Shown in pieces: positions 37,839-48,155 of a stretch of DNA of 64,000 nucleotides. The position numbers and the translations under genes were made by a program. The stretch is from Candidatus Moraniibacteriota bacterium (GTDB taxonomy: Bacteria > Patescibacteriota > Minisyncoccia > Moranbacterales > UBA1568). The first letter of the stretch is position 1, and each line of letters starts with the position of its first letter. Where the stretch lies: contig JBAQEZ010000003.1 of assembly GCA_049287005.1 (NCBI GenBank), positions 31,493-95,492 on the forward strand, written 5' to 3'. Below the pieces are notes generated by a model. The model made no database searches. It had not been told where the DNA came from and worked only from the letters and a program-made list of their open reading frames with translations.

Positions 37839-37897
37839 CCCTCGCTCTCAAAATACGGGCAGATTAGCTTCTCTTTTCGCCCATTCCGTGCTATACA

Positions 37898-40486
37898 ATG
37901 AAGATACCTTTATGCACACAGCGTATGGCCTTTTTCCGCAAAAAACGTCAAATTCCTAGCCAAGCAAAGCCTAAAAGCCGTTTTTGGCCTTTCCTTTGGA
38001 AAACAGCTCTTTTTCTCGTTGCCGGGTTGTTCTTGCTGGCGCTCGGCGCGTTCGCCTACATCGCCAAAGACCTCCCCAACCCAGGGATGGTCAACCAGCG
38101 CGTCATCGCCGAATCAACGAAAATTTATGACCGCACCGGCACGCACCTCCTTTACGATGTCCACGGGGAAGAAAAGCGCACGGTCATCGCGTTTTCTGAT
38201 ATGCCTGATGTCGTCAAATATGCTACTATCAGTCTCGAGGACCAAGATTTCTACAGTCACTACGGCATAAAACTCTCCTCAATCCTCCGTTCCATCTTCA
38301 AAGACGCCATCCAGCTCGGCAAGGCGCAAGGCGGGTCGACGATCACTCAGCAATTCGTCAAGAATTCCCTCCTGACCAACGAAAAAACACTCCTCCGCAA
38401 AGTGAAGGAGGTGATCCTCTCCCTGGAGATCGAAACGAAGTTTTCCAAAAATGAAATCCTGGCCATGTACCTCAATGAGATACCCTATGGCTCAAACGCG
38501 TACGGCATCGAGGCCGCCGCTCAGACTTTTTTCGGCAGGCCGGCTCGCGAGCTCACGCTCGACGAAGCCGCTCTCATCGCGGCGCTCCCCCAGGCGACGG
38601 CCTATTATTCGCCCTATGGCTCGCACACGGACGCGCTCATCGGGCGGAAAGACTTCGCCCTGAAAACCATGGCCCGACTCGGTTATATCACGCCAGAACA
38701 GGCCGATGAAGCCATTGGCACCAATACGCTCGACAAGTTGCAGCTTCAAAAAGACATCATCGCTGCGCCACATTTCGTCATGTACATCAAAGACTACCTC
38801 CAGCAAAAATATGGGGACCAGGCGGTAGAACAAAGCGGTTACAAAGTCATCACCACGCTCGATTGGGACAAGCAGCAGATTGCTGAACAGGCCGTGCTCG
38901 ATGGCGCTAACAAAAACGGACGCTGGAAAGCGGCAAACGCCGCTCTCGTAGCGATGGACCCGAAAACAGGGCAAATTTTAGCTATGGTGGGATCAAAAAA
39001 TTATTTCGGCGACTCAGAACCCAAGAATTGCATCCCCGGGAAAAATTGCGCTTTCGAACCCAACTACAACGTCGCTACTGCTCAGAGACAGCCAGGATCG
39101 TCTTTCAAGCCGTATGTCTATCTCACCGCCTTCACCAAAGGATACCTCCCTGAAACTATCCTCTACGATACGAAAACACAGTTCGAAACAGCGGAAGGGA
39201 AAAGTTACGAGCCAAACAACTATGACGGGAAATTTCATGGCCCGCTGCCGATGATGAAGACTCTCGGCGGCTCTCTCAACGTACCGGCGGTCAAGACCCT
39301 CTACCTTGTCGGTGTCAACAACGCCATCGCCATGGCAAAAAACCTCGGCATCTCCGGCCTCAACGACCCCTCAAAGCTCGGGCTTTCTCTCGTTCTCGGC
39401 GGTGGGGAGGTGACACTCCTCGATCATGTGAGCGCCTACAGCACCCTCGCCACCGGAGGGGTCAAACACCCGAAGACTGCCATCCTCCGTATCGAAGATG
39501 CGAAAGGGAACATGCTTGAAGAAGCCCGGCCCGACGGAGGAGAGCGTGTCGTAGACGAAAAATATGTCGCCATGCTCGATTCCATTCTCTCCAATAACGA
39601 GAACCGGGCATGGGTGTTCGGAGACAACTCCCCCCTGCGTTTTGACAACCGCTCTGTCGCCGCTAAAACAGGCACCACCAACGAATTCCGTGACGGATGG
39701 ACCATCGGCTATACTCCGTCTCTCGCTGTCGGCGTGTGGGCAGGAAACAATGACAATACGGCCATGGTCACCGGTGCGGACGGCGTGAATGTGGCCGCTC
39801 CGATTTGGCGCGCCTTCTTGGACAAAGCGTTGACAAACTACGCTATCGAAAGTTTCCAAAAATACAATCCGGACGATGAAATCGGGGACGGGGACGGGAA
39901 AACCAACAAGTCTATGCTCGCGGGCAAACTTGAAACCACTCAGAATCTGAAGGTTTGCGGCATCCCTGGCGATAAGGGAAGTTATTGCCTCGCGAACAAA
40001 TATTGTCCTGACAGCGAAGCTGACAAGAAAGACTTCGTAAGCACACACGATATCCTGTATTATGTTAGTCGCGATGACCCCCGAGGGCCCATCCCTGACA
40101 AGCCAGAACTCGATTCTCAGTACAAAAACTGGGAGAGTGGCGTGAAAGATTGGTATAAAGAGCAGAAAAAGTCTGCCCTCGGAGCTCCTCCCACAGATGA
40201 ATGCAAAGAAGGCGACTTCAAAAAATATCAGCCCAGCGTGAGTCTGACCACCGCGAACAGCTCAACATCCGCATCAATAACCTTGAGCGCCGATGTCAAC
40301 GCCCCCTATGGAGTAGCCTCCGTCACTTACTCGGTTGACGGCGACGAAGTGGGTTCTATATCTTCCAGCCCCTATTCGATCGCGTATACCGCCCCCGCCG
40401 CCTCTACGATAACCATAGAGGTCAAGGTGAGGGATGCGAACGGCAATATCGCAAGCGACAGCAAAAACATGAGCCTCAGCTTCTAG
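37898..40486 (+). CDS. Class A penicillin-binding protein (bifunctional transglycosylase / transpeptidase, PBP1A-like)
   Basis: GT51 motifs EDQDFYSHYGI and GGSTITQQ, transpeptidase motifs SSFKP, SLN and KTGTT, an N-terminal TM anchor and a C-terminal Ser/Thr-rich extension. Confidence 0.9.
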   Translation: MKIPLCTQRMAFFRKKRQIPSQAKPKSRFWPFLWKTALFLVAGLFLLALGAFAYIAKDLPNPGMVNQRVIAESTKIYDRTGTHLLYDVHGEEKRTVIAFSDMPDVVKYATISLEDQDFYSHYGIKLSSILRSIFKDAIQLGKAQGGSTITQQFVKNSLLTNEKTLLRKVKEVILSLEIETKFSKNEILAMYLNEIPYGSNAYGIEAAAQTFFGRPARELTLDEAALIAALPQATAYYSPYGSHTDALIGRKDFALKTMARLGYITPEQADEAIGTNTLDKLQLQKDIIAAPHFVMYIKDYLQQKYGDQAVEQSGYKVITTLDWDKQQIAEQAVLDGANKNGRWKAANAALVAMDPKTGQILAMVGSKNYFGDSEPKNCIPGKNCAFEPNYNVATAQRQPGSSFKPYVYLTAFTKGYLPETILYDTKTQFETAEGKSYEPNNYDGKFHGPLPMMKTLGGSLNVPAVKTLYLVGVNNAIAMAKNLGISGLNDPSKLGLSLVLGGGEVTLLDHVSAYSTLATGGVKHPKTAILRIEDAKGNMLEEARPDGGERVVDEKYVAMLDSILSNNENRAWVFGDNSPLRFDNRSVAAKTGTTNEFRDGWTIGYTPSLAVGVWAGNNDNTAMVTGADGVNVAAPIWRAFLDKALTNYAIESFQKYNPDDEIGDGDGKTNKSMLAGKLETTQNLKVCGIPGDKGSYCLANKYCPDSEADKKDFVSTHDILYYVSRDDPRGPIPDKPELDSQYKNWESGVKDWYKEQKKSALGAPPTDECKEGDFKKYQPSVSLTTANSSTSASITLSADVNAPYGVASVTYSVDGDEVGSISSSPYSIAYTAPAASTITIEVKVRDANGNIASDSKNMSLSF

Positions 40487-40497
40487 GCTCTGCTCAT

Positions 40498-40788
40498 TCA
40501 CATCTGTTGAGTGATTTTGATTTCTTGTACCACGTCTCCCCCCAACACCTCATTGATGCGCTGCGCCAGATGGCTCCGCATCAGATACACCTCGCTCGCC
40601 CACAGCGAGCTCCGCGGCGAAAGGAAAAGTTTTTTTTCTTTATAATACGTAGGGATAATATTATCCCCTCCTCGCACACCGTATTCCTCCACCAAAACAC
40701 GCTTCGCGATATGAAAAATTGTTTTTTCATCCACCTCCTCCGAGGATGCCCGCTGTTTTTTCGGTAGAAGATCTTTCAGGGAACGCAT
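40498..40788 (-). CDS. DUF721 (DciA-like) protein downstream of dnaN
   Basis: 96 aa, immediately after dnaN (a conserved position). LFLSPRSSLWASEVYLMRSHLAQRINEVLG resembles DUF721. Confidence 0.55.
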   Translation of the reverse strand: MRSLKDLLPKKQRASSEEVDEKTIFHIAKRVLVEEYGVRGGDNIIPTYYKEKKLFLSPRSSLWASEVYLMRSHLAQRINEVLGGDVVQEIKITQQM

Positions 40789-40796
40789 AATAATAA

Positions 40797-41948
40797 CTAT
40801 TTCCTAATAGGCATCACAATGTAGAGATAGCTCTCCGCAAGGGCGGTTTTCGCCCCGTCTTGTGCGCGAAGCGCCGCGGGGGTCGCTCCATCGTTCGCTG
40901 AAAAGAGAATTTTTTCGCTCGCAAGGACATTTATCCCCTCCAGAACGTAACGTGGGTTAAAGACGATAGTCAGCGGTTCCGCGCCCTGGGCCACCTCCAT
41001 CGGCAACACTGTTTTATTTTCCCCGATTTCCTGAGATTGCGACGAGATGGTGCATTGTTTCCCCTCTGGCTGAAACGAAAGAGTGATCTCGCCTGAATTA
41101 TAAGAAGAGAAGCTGCTCGCTATTTTTACCGCTCTCTGGAAGGCTTCTTTTTCCAAAACCACTTGCAGAGAGAAGTCCTTTGGAATAATCTGCTTATAAT
41201 CAGGGTACTTCCCATTAATAACCCTGGATATGATCTGCACGCCGTCTATTTCAAAAAATATCTGATTTTCCTTTAAGGCAACTTTCACTTCTTTGCTTTC
41301 CGGAGAAATAACATGAATAATTTCCTGTAAAGTATTCCCAGGAATAATAAGGGAAGGGTTCTGAGAAAGAAAATCGCTATACCCGCTTCCCTGGTTCGTA
41401 AACGCGATAGTCTCCTCCGCCAAACGAAAGCTGTCGGTCGCCGCAAGCTCAATCTTGTCTTGATAAAAGAAAATATGCACCCCCGTAAGCTCCAGGCGCG
41501 CATTATTCAAACTGATACAGAACAACAGCCTTGAAAGAGCCCTTTTCAGCTCTTGTGCAGGGAAAAAGAAAAAATAATCCTGCTTATACTCAGGGATAAT
41601 AGGAAAATCTTTCCCATCCAAGCCTTTTATCTTTATCTGATAAGAAGTACTGATTATTTTCAACCCCTCATTATCACTCTCTAATTCAAGAACATCTCCT
41701 AAAGGAAGATTGTGAATAAAATTACTCAGGAGTTTTGCAGGAACAGCTAATTTACCTTCCTGCTCTATTTTTGCCCCGATATACGCGATCACCCCTATCT
41801 CCAAGTTTGTCGCAGAAATCTTCAATCTCCCTTTTTCTGTTTCCAATAAAAAATTACTCAAAATAGGAAGCGTGGATTGTTTCCCTGCCACACGTTCCAA
41901 ATAAAAGATGACTCGGTTAAGATTTTCATGCGTGCAGATGAGTTTCAT
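40797..41948 (-). CDS. dnaN: DNA polymerase III beta subunit (sliding clamp)
   Basis: MKLICTHENLNRVIFYLERVAGKQSTLPILSNFLLE...; three-domain clamp, 383 aa, directly downstream of dnaA. Confidence 0.9.
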   Translation of the reverse strand: MKLICTHENLNRVIFYLERVAGKQSTLPILSNFLLETEKGRLKISATNLEIGVIAYIGAKIEQEGKLAVPAKLLSNFIHNLPLGDVLELESDNEGLKIISTSYQIKIKGLDGKDFPIIPEYKQDYFFFFPAQELKRALSRLLFCISLNNARLELTGVHIFFYQDKIELAATDSFRLAEETIAFTNQGSGYSDFLSQNPSLIIPGNTLQEIIHVISPESKEVKVALKENQIFFEIDGVQIISRVINGKYPDYKQIIPKDFSLQVVLEKEAFQRAVKIASSFSSYNSGEITLSFQPEGKQCTISSQSQEIGENKTVLPMEVAQGAEPLTIVFNPRYVLEGINVLASEKILFSANDGATPAALRAQDGAKTALAESYLYIVMPIRK

Positions 41949-42207
41949 AAGACTTGTATTAATATTCTTTTAAAATTATATATAAAAACTTCTTATTATC
42001 ATTAGAGGTGTGGATATCTGGATAAGTCGGTTTTTCTCTTTGTATGAGGGATTATTTTTTGAGGGATTATTTTTTTATATCCCCGGCAAGAGATGGATAA
42101 ATGGGGCACAAAGAGAGGTGTTCGTGAGAGTTCTTAATTATCCACACCAGCACCTCTTTTATACAAACGCTCCGCACCGGCGTTGAGGGGTTATACAGGA
42201 TTATACA
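41949..42207. promoter_or_regulatory. dnaA-dnaN intergenic region: oriC candidate with DnaA boxes, an AT-rich DUE-like tract and a 15-bp tandem repeat
   Basis: Perfect DnaA box TTATCCACA at 42138-42146. One-mismatch boxes TGTGGATAT (42008-16) and TCTGGATAA (42017-25). AT-rich tract at 41955-42000. Tandem GAGGGATTATTTTTT x2 at 42046-42076. Confidence 0.6.
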
Positions 42208-43623
42208 CTACACAGGGTAGTAGAGACGCTCTCGGAGGGTGCCTAATTCTTCTTTGAGCCGCGGGGAAGACTCTTTATTCATGTTGATTTTTTCGAATGC
42301 GTGGAGGGCGGTGGTGTGGTCTCTCCCCCCGAAAATATCCCCGATGGCGGAAAAGGGCGTTTGGAGTTCGGTTCGGAGGATGTACATCATTACTTGGCGC
42401 GGGTGTGAAATTTCCTTTTTCCGGCCCTTTTTCACGATATCTTCTTTGGTGATATTGTAAAACTCCGTCACGACACGGAAAATATCGTCTACCTGGATGG
42501 TTTTTTTGTTGTTTTCGATGAGTTGGGAGAGGATTTTCTTGGTGTTCTCCAGTGTCGGAGAAAGCTTATGAAATTCGCAGAAAGCGATCACTCGGGTGAG
42601 GGCTCCTTCGAGCTCACGGATGTTCTGGCTGATATTTTCGGCGATAAAACGGATGGCTGGCGTATCGATGACGAAGCTCCTCTCCGCGATTTTTGACTCC
42701 AAAATGGCGATTCTCGTCTCGAGATTTGGGCGGCTGATATCGGTGATCATGCCGCCTTCGAAACGTGAGCGCAGGCGTTCTTCCAGGGTGGGGATGGCTT
42801 TCGGCGGGCGGTCGCTGGAGATGACGACCTGCTTGTTGATCTGGTAGAGAGCGTTAAAGATATGGAAAAATTCATTTTGGGTCTTTTCTCTGCCGGAAAG
42901 AAACTGGATGTCGTCAATAATGAGAAGATCCATCTGTTGGTAGTACTCTTTGAATTTGTCGATTTTTTGATTTTTGATAGAGTCGACGAGTTCTGTTGTG
43001 AAGCGTTCAGAATTGATATACTTGATTCTTTTTTCGGGTGAATTTTTCGCCACCTCGTTCCCGATAGATTGGAGGAGGTGAGTTTTCCCGAGCCCGACCC
43101 CCCCGTAGATAAAAAGCGGATTGTAAGCCATACCGAGGTTCTGTGAGACAGCGTAACAGGCCGCACGCGCCAGCTCGTTGTTCTCGGCGACAATGAAATT
43201 TTCGAACGTGTACCGGTTATTGAGATTTGTTTCATGAAATGTCGGGGTAGATGACCCCGACTCGGTGAAAAAAGGCTTTTCTATAAGCTTTTTTCGCACG
43301 AATCCGGTGGCCTCGGGGGACCGCACCGCGTCGACATTCTTGACGGAATCTATGGCTGGCAAGGAAGAGGTAAATTTTTCTGGAGCGATAACGCAGCGGA
43401 TATTCTGCACGTTCTGATCGAGACTTTTTAAGGCGCGCAAAATATAAAGATTATATTTGTTTTCCAGCCATTCTTTCGCGAAACCGTTCGGCACGCCGAT
43501 CGTGACCACTCCGTCTTGATGGCTTATGACACTCGTGTTCTTGAACCAGGTGATAAAGTTTGCTCTGGAAATAGAGAGCTCCATTTGCCCCAAAACAGCC
43601 CCCCACAACTCCTCGTTTGTCAT
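42208..43623 (-). CDS. dnaA: Chromosomal replication initiator protein DnaA
   Basis: AAA+ Walker A YGGVGLGKTHLLQSIGNE, the DnaA signature, and a C-terminal DNA-binding domain; 471 aa. Confidence 0.95.
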   Translation of the reverse strand: MTNEELWGAVLGQMELSISRANFITWFKNTSVISHQDGVVTIGVPNGFAKEWLENKYNLYILRALKSLDQNVQNIRCVIAPEKFTSSLPAIDSVKNVDAVRSPEATGFVRKKLIEKPFFTESGSSTPTFHETNLNNRYTFENFIVAENNELARAACYAVSQNLGMAYNPLFIYGGVGLGKTHLLQSIGNEVAKNSPEKRIKYINSERFTTELVDSIKNQKIDKFKEYYQQMDLLIIDDIQFLSGREKTQNEFFHIFNALYQINKQVVISSDRPPKAIPTLEERLRSRFEGGMITDISRPNLETRIAILESKIAERSFVIDTPAIRFIAENISQNIRELEGALTRVIAFCEFHKLSPTLENTKKILSQLIENNKKTIQVDDIFRVVTEFYNITKEDIVKKGRKKEISHPRQVMMYILRTELQTPFSAIGDIFGGRDHTTALHAFEKINMNKESSPRLKEELGTLRERLYYPV

Positions 43624-43975
43624 AAGCGCAAGCCATCCTTAGCAAGTGATAAAAACGTTGAATTAAAGTATATCACGCCCGTATAGGGAGGCATAGGGCG
43701 GGAAAGTGCGCGAAGGGTGGATAAGCGGTGCATAACTCTGGGAAGGGCTTGGCGCCGGCTCGAGGTGCCTCCTCCTCCGGAGCCTTCCGAAAAAAATGTT
43801 TTTTGGCGCCGGTTCCGTTTGTGAACTTAGGATAGAGTGTTCGGAGGCGGTTTCTTGAGGGAATCTCGGAAAAAGCAGCTCGGATAGATGAATTTACCGG
43901 CTTGGAGATTGACTTTCTTTCCTTTTCTGGTACACTGGAAAAACATCCAATCGCTTAAGATCTAATGTCCATCGT

Positions 43976-44116
43976 ATGCCAAAGAGAACGTATCAACCGA
44001 AGACCCGTAAGCGTGCTAGACGGCATGGTTTCTTGGAACGGATGAACACCGTAGGCGGGAAAAAGGTGGTAGCTAGCCGGCGCCGGGAAGGGCGGAAAAA
44101 ACTGACAGTAGCGTGA
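43976..44116 (+). CDS. rpmH: 50S ribosomal protein L34
   Basis: 46-aa ORF not in the track: [46 protein letters not shown], the classic L34 sequence, immediately upstream of rnpA. Confidence 0.85.
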   Translation: MPKRTYQPKTRKRARRHGFLERMNTVGGKKVVASRRREGRKKLTVA

Positions 44117-44119
44117 AAT

Positions 44120-44464
44120 ATGTTAAAAAAAGGCTTTCGTTTGCGAAGAAAAGAGGATTTCGACAGAGTCTTTCGCTACGGCAAGCCTCTTTTTTTTGAA
44201 GAAATCGGCTGCCGTTGCTTGTTAGACGCCCCTTCTTTGCGATTGGGCTTCTCTTTGGGGAAAAAACACCTTCCTTTGGCAGTTGATCGTAACAGGCTGC
44301 GAAGAGTCCTTTCCGGGGCTTTCTCTGAGTATCGGGATCTGTGGCCGAAACGTGGGGACATTCTGTTTTTCCTCGTCAGAAAGCCAAAAAAGATGGGGAT
44401 AACGCGAGCCCGGGAGATTGTGAAAACCCTGCTCCAAGCTATAAATAAAAGCCATAAAGCCTAA
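44120..44464 (+). CDS. rnpA: Ribonuclease P protein component
   Basis: MLKKGFRLRRKEDFDRVFRYGK...; basic, 114 aa, between rpmH and yidC. Confidence 0.85.
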   Translation: MLKKGFRLRRKEDFDRVFRYGKPLFFEEIGCRCLLDAPSLRLGFSLGKKHLPLAVDRNRLRRVLSGAFSEYRDLWPKRGDILFFLVRKPKKMGITRAREIVKTLLQAINKSHKA

Positions 44465-44472
44465 AAAAGAGT

Positions 44473-45204
44473 ATGATGCATCTTTTTGACATCGCTATCT
44501 ATCAGCCGCTGTACAATACCCTCATATTTTTTTATACCTTTGTTCCGGGGCATGATTTCGGAGTGGCTATCATCCTCACCACGCTGGCTTTGAAATCTTT
44601 ACTCATACCGCTTTCCAAAAAACAGATTGAATCGCAGAAAAAAATGCAGGAGCTGCAGCCGCAGATGAAAGCGCTCCAGCAGCAGCACAAAAACGACAAA
44701 GAAAAACAAACGAAGGCATTGATGGCGTTTTATAAGGAAAATAAAGCCAACCCGCTGTCCGGATGTTTGCCTCTCATTATCCAATTGGTGTTCCTGATCG
44801 CCATTTATCGCGTGATCATCAACATCTCCCAAGCCGGCTTCGTGGTGAACCCGAGTGATTTGTATGCGTTTATCCCCGATCCCGGAGCCATCAACCATTT
44901 CTTCTTGCGTTTTGTGGATCTGACAAAGCCGAATTATATCCTCGCCCTCCTTTCCGCTGCCGCTCAATATTTTCAGACAAAAATGCTGTTTCAAAAGCAA
45001 AACAATCCCGCTGCCGAGACCGCGGCTTCCTCTGAACCCGACTTTACGGCTATAATGAATAAGCAGATGCTGTACCTCGGCCCTGGACTGACGTTTTTCA
45101 TCGGAGCGACATTTCCGGCCGCCCTCGCCTTGTACTGGCTCTTCTCGACACTGTTTATGCTCTTCCAGCAAATGGTCATCTTTAAGCCGAAACAAGAGAA
45201 TTAA
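44473..45204 (+). CDS. yidC: Membrane protein insertase YidC (short YidC/Oxa1 form)
   Basis: IAIYQPLYNTL..., a coiled-coil KKQIESQKKMQELQPQMKALQQ, GCLPLIIQ and five TM segments. Confidence 0.9.
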   Translation: MMHLFDIAIYQPLYNTLIFFYTFVPGHDFGVAIILTTLALKSLLIPLSKKQIESQKKMQELQPQMKALQQQHKNDKEKQTKALMAFYKENKANPLSGCLPLIIQLVFLIAIYRVIINISQAGFVVNPSDLYAFIPDPGAINHFFLRFVDLTKPNYILALLSAAAQYFQTKMLFQKQNNPAAETAASSEPDFTAIMNKQMLYLGPGLTFFIGATFPAALALYWLFSTLFMLFQQMVIFKPKQEN

Positions 45205-45207
45205 TGT

Positions 45208-45702
45208 ATGGGAAAAACACGCTCAGAAATTATCAAAGAAACGGTTGCGGAGCTTTTGCACAAGCTTGATTTCAAGGCGTCCGTTGAGGTGGCAGAACAG
45301 CCGGGTGTCCAGGATGCCTTTTTGTGCATGGCTCGCGTGGAGCAAGACCAGAACTTCCTGATCGGTCAATATGGGGCGAATCTCGCCGCTGTCCAGCATC
45401 TCGTACGCGTTATGCTGCGGAAGAAAATCACTGAAAGAGTGAATGTCATCGTGGATGTCAACGAGTATTTTCTTGAAAAAAAGGGAGCATTGGAAGCGGA
45501 GGCAGAAAAAGCGGCCGCGGAGGCTCTCGCAAGCGATATTTCCGTTTCTTTGCGCCCGATGCTTCCCTATGAGCGCAAGGTGGTGCATTCTTTCCTCGCA
45601 GAAAATCCGGGTATCAGTACTGAAAGTGTCGGGAAAGGCGAAGGAAGGAAGGTCATGGTCAGTCCAAAAACGTCGAAAAACAAGCCGTCAGACCTCGTGT
45701 GA
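45208..45702 (+). CDS. khpB: RNA-binding protein Jag/KhpB (KH + R3H domains)
   Basis: Position after yidC. The C-terminal R3H-like segment ...LPYERKVVHSFLAENPGISTESVGKGEGRKVMV. Confidence 0.8.
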   Translation: MGKTRSEIIKETVAELLHKLDFKASVEVAEQPGVQDAFLCMARVEQDQNFLIGQYGANLAAVQHLVRVMLRKKITERVNVIVDVNEYFLEKKGALEAEAEKAAAEALASDISVSLRPMLPYERKVVHSFLAENPGISTESVGKGEGRKVMVSPKTSKNKPSDLV

Positions 45703-45731
45703 GGCGTCTTTAAAATTAAAGAGACACAGCA

Positions 45732-47198
45732 ATGGCTCTTGCGCGTAAAATCGCTTATAACGTCGTTCTCAATTCTTTTCTGAAAGTATTTTCGACGGTA
45801 GCTCTTTCTCTCTATTCGATCCGTTTGATCACCGGCTATCTCGGGCAGGACGGCTTCGGCAAGTATGCGACGGTGCTTGCCTTTTTTGCTTTCTTCTCCG
45901 CTTTGGCCGACTTGGGCCTCAGCTCCGTTACGGCCCGTGAGATTTCCCGTGAAGGAGCAGACGAGAGCAAGATTCTGAGCAAGGTGCTCTCTTTGCGGCT
46001 CACGTCTTCTTTCGTGGTTTTTTTGTTGGCGCCCTTTCTGGTGGTCTTTTTTAATTATTCCCGTGATTTGAAAATCGGCATTCTCATCGGTGCCGGAGCC
46101 GTCCTTTTTTCTACGCTGTCGCTGATGCTGAACGGTATTTTCCAGAAACGGGTAGCCATGGACAAGGTGGCGCTCGTGGAGTTTCTCGGCAAGCTTTTCC
46201 AGGTAGGCGCGGTTATTCTCGTGGTGAGGGCGAACCTTGGATTTTTAGCCGTCACCGCAACGCTTTTAGCATCACTTTCTTTCAACGCGCTTGTCGTGCT
46301 CTTTCTCAGCCGCCGCTTCGTGAAATTTTCTCCAGAGATCGATTACGCGTATTGGAAAACGTTCCTCCATGAATCGCTGCCCATGGGGATGACGGCCATT
46401 ATTACCTTCACTTATTTCAAGATGGATACGATTTTGCTTTCTGTCTTGCAGACGAGCGCCCACGTAGGGATCTACAATGTCGCCTATAAGGTAATGGAGA
46501 ATCTTATCTTTTTCCCGGCCATGCTGGCGGGGCTTATTCTCCCGCTGCTTTCACGCTTTATTTATACTCGGCGGGAGCGCTTTGAAGAAATCGCCAACAA
46601 AACATTCAAGGTGTTTGTTATTATCGTCGTCCCGATCATGGCGGGGACGTGGTTCTTGGCTGGAGACATCATCCGCATCGTGAGTGGTGACACCTTTCCT
46701 GAATCTGCCCCTGTCCTGCGCATCCTTATTTTCGCTCTCGGGTTCATCTTTTTCGGCAACTATTTCAATATGCTTTTGGTGGTCGGGAACGCTCAAAAAA
46801 AGCTGATGCAAACGCTTTTTTTTGTCGCTCTCTTCAACGTGCTCCTCAACTCTTTCCTGATCCCCCGCTTTTCGTATACAGGAGCAGCGAGCGCTTCGCT
46901 GGCTACGGAAATGCTCGTTGTCGCCCTGACCAGTGTTCTCGTGTACAAATACATCCATTACGTCCCTTCCTTTGAAAATATCGGAAGAATTTTGTTGTCC
47001 GGAGCGGTGATGGTAATCGTCCTTTTTTTCCTGTCCCCGTATCCTTTTTTCTTGTCCGGCATAGGAGGCGTCTGCGCTTATCTCGGGATGTTGTGGCTCA
47101 CGAAAGCGATCAGTCCTGACGAAATCACGAGTCTTTTCCAAAAAGAAGAGGAGTCTCCTTTTTCGCCCGTTGAGCCGATAGAAACGATGGTGCCATAG
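45732..47198 (+). CDS. Wzx-type oligosaccharide flippase (polysaccharide biosynthesis protein, MOP superfamily)
   Basis: 488 aa, roughly 12-14 TM helices, N-terminus ...VLNSFLKVFSTVALSLYSIRLITGYLGQDGFGKY typical of Wzx. Confidence 0.75.
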   Translation: MALARKIAYNVVLNSFLKVFSTVALSLYSIRLITGYLGQDGFGKYATVLAFFAFFSALADLGLSSVTAREISREGADESKILSKVLSLRLTSSFVVFLLAPFLVVFFNYSRDLKIGILIGAGAVLFSTLSLMLNGIFQKRVAMDKVALVEFLGKLFQVGAVILVVRANLGFLAVTATLLASLSFNALVVLFLSRRFVKFSPEIDYAYWKTFLHESLPMGMTAIITFTYFKMDTILLSVLQTSAHVGIYNVAYKVMENLIFFPAMLAGLILPLLSRFIYTRRERFEEIANKTFKVFVIIVVPIMAGTWFLAGDIIRIVSGDTFPESAPVLRILIFALGFIFFGNYFNMLLVVGNAQKKLMQTLFFVALFNVLLNSFLIPRFSYTGAASASLATEMLVVALTSVLVYKYIHYVPSFENIGRILLSGAVMVIVLFFLSPYPFFLSGIGGVCAYLGMLWLTKAISPDEITSLFQKEEESPFSPVEPIETMVP

Positions 47199-47288
47199 CA
47201 GCCCTTTCGTTTTGGAAGGGGTCTCGTCCTGTTCATAATGTTTTGGCTGCCAACAGAGAGGATCCACGCGTCAGGTAAAGGAAATCCT

Positions 47289-48155
47289 ATGTCTCAAGAC
47301 CAAAAAGTAGGCATTATTGTTTTGAATTACAACGGCAAGGCGTGCCTGTCCGCGTGTCTGCGCTCACTCGATCAGCTTGTGTACGCGAACCAGGAAGTAA
47401 TCGTGGTGGACAATGGCTCGACGGACGGGTCCTTCCTCCGCGCAGAGCGGCACTTCCCGCGCTTCGTGTTTGTTCGGAATGGAAAGAACGAAGGATTCGC
47501 GAAAGGCATGAACGTCGGTATGCGGCTGGCGCTTGCGCGCGGCGCGCAGTGGTGCCTCCTCTTCAATTATGACGCGGAAATCGCTCCGCAAGCGCTGTCT
47601 TCCCTCATCGCGGCCGCGCGCCGGCATCCGCGCGCCGGGCTTTTGAGCCCGGTGATTTACAAAAAAGGCAGTGAACAGATTTGGTTCGCGCAAGGGAGAG
47701 TGGAGTTTCTCCGTATGCGAGCGACACACAGAGGGTTGCCGCGTGCCGCGTTCGCATCGGACGCCTACCGAAGCGAATTCCTTACGGGCTGTGCCCTGCT
47801 GATAAAAAAAAATCTCATTGACACCATCGGTTTTTTGGACGAGCGCTTCTTTTTGTATTACGAGGATGCGGATTATTCTTTGCGGGCGGCACGGGCCGGA
47901 TTCGATTGTTTGGTTGTCCCGCAAGCCATGGTATGGCACAGCGAAGCCAGCAGGAAAAATCCGAGCAAAACATACCATCTGGTATACTCGGGGCTACTTT
48001 TTTTCGAAAAACACACGCCCCCCTTATTACGGCCGTACATGGCGCTTTATGGTACAATACGGAGAGTCAAAAATGCTCTCGATAGAATCCTCGGAAGAGG
48101 GGGTGCTGCCGAAGAAGTCCACCGCGCCTATGAACACTTTTCCCATGAACACTAA
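47289..48155 (+). CDS. Family 2 glycosyltransferase
   Basis: VGIIVLNYNGKACLSACLRSL...VIVVDNGSTDGS...NEGFAKGMN: GT-A fold with a DxD-containing core. Confidence 0.8.
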   Translation: MSQDQKVGIIVLNYNGKACLSACLRSLDQLVYANQEVIVVDNGSTDGSFLRAERHFPRFVFVRNGKNEGFAKGMNVGMRLALARGAQWCLLFNYDAEIAPQALSSLIAAARRHPRAGLLSPVIYKKGSEQIWFAQGRVEFLRMRATHRGLPRAAFASDAYRSEFLTGCALLIKKNLIDTIGFLDERFFLYYEDADYSLRAARAGFDCLVVPQAMVWHSEASRKNPSKTYHLVYSGLLFFEKHTPPLLRPYMALYGTIRRVKNALDRILGRGGAAEEVHRAYEHFSHEH

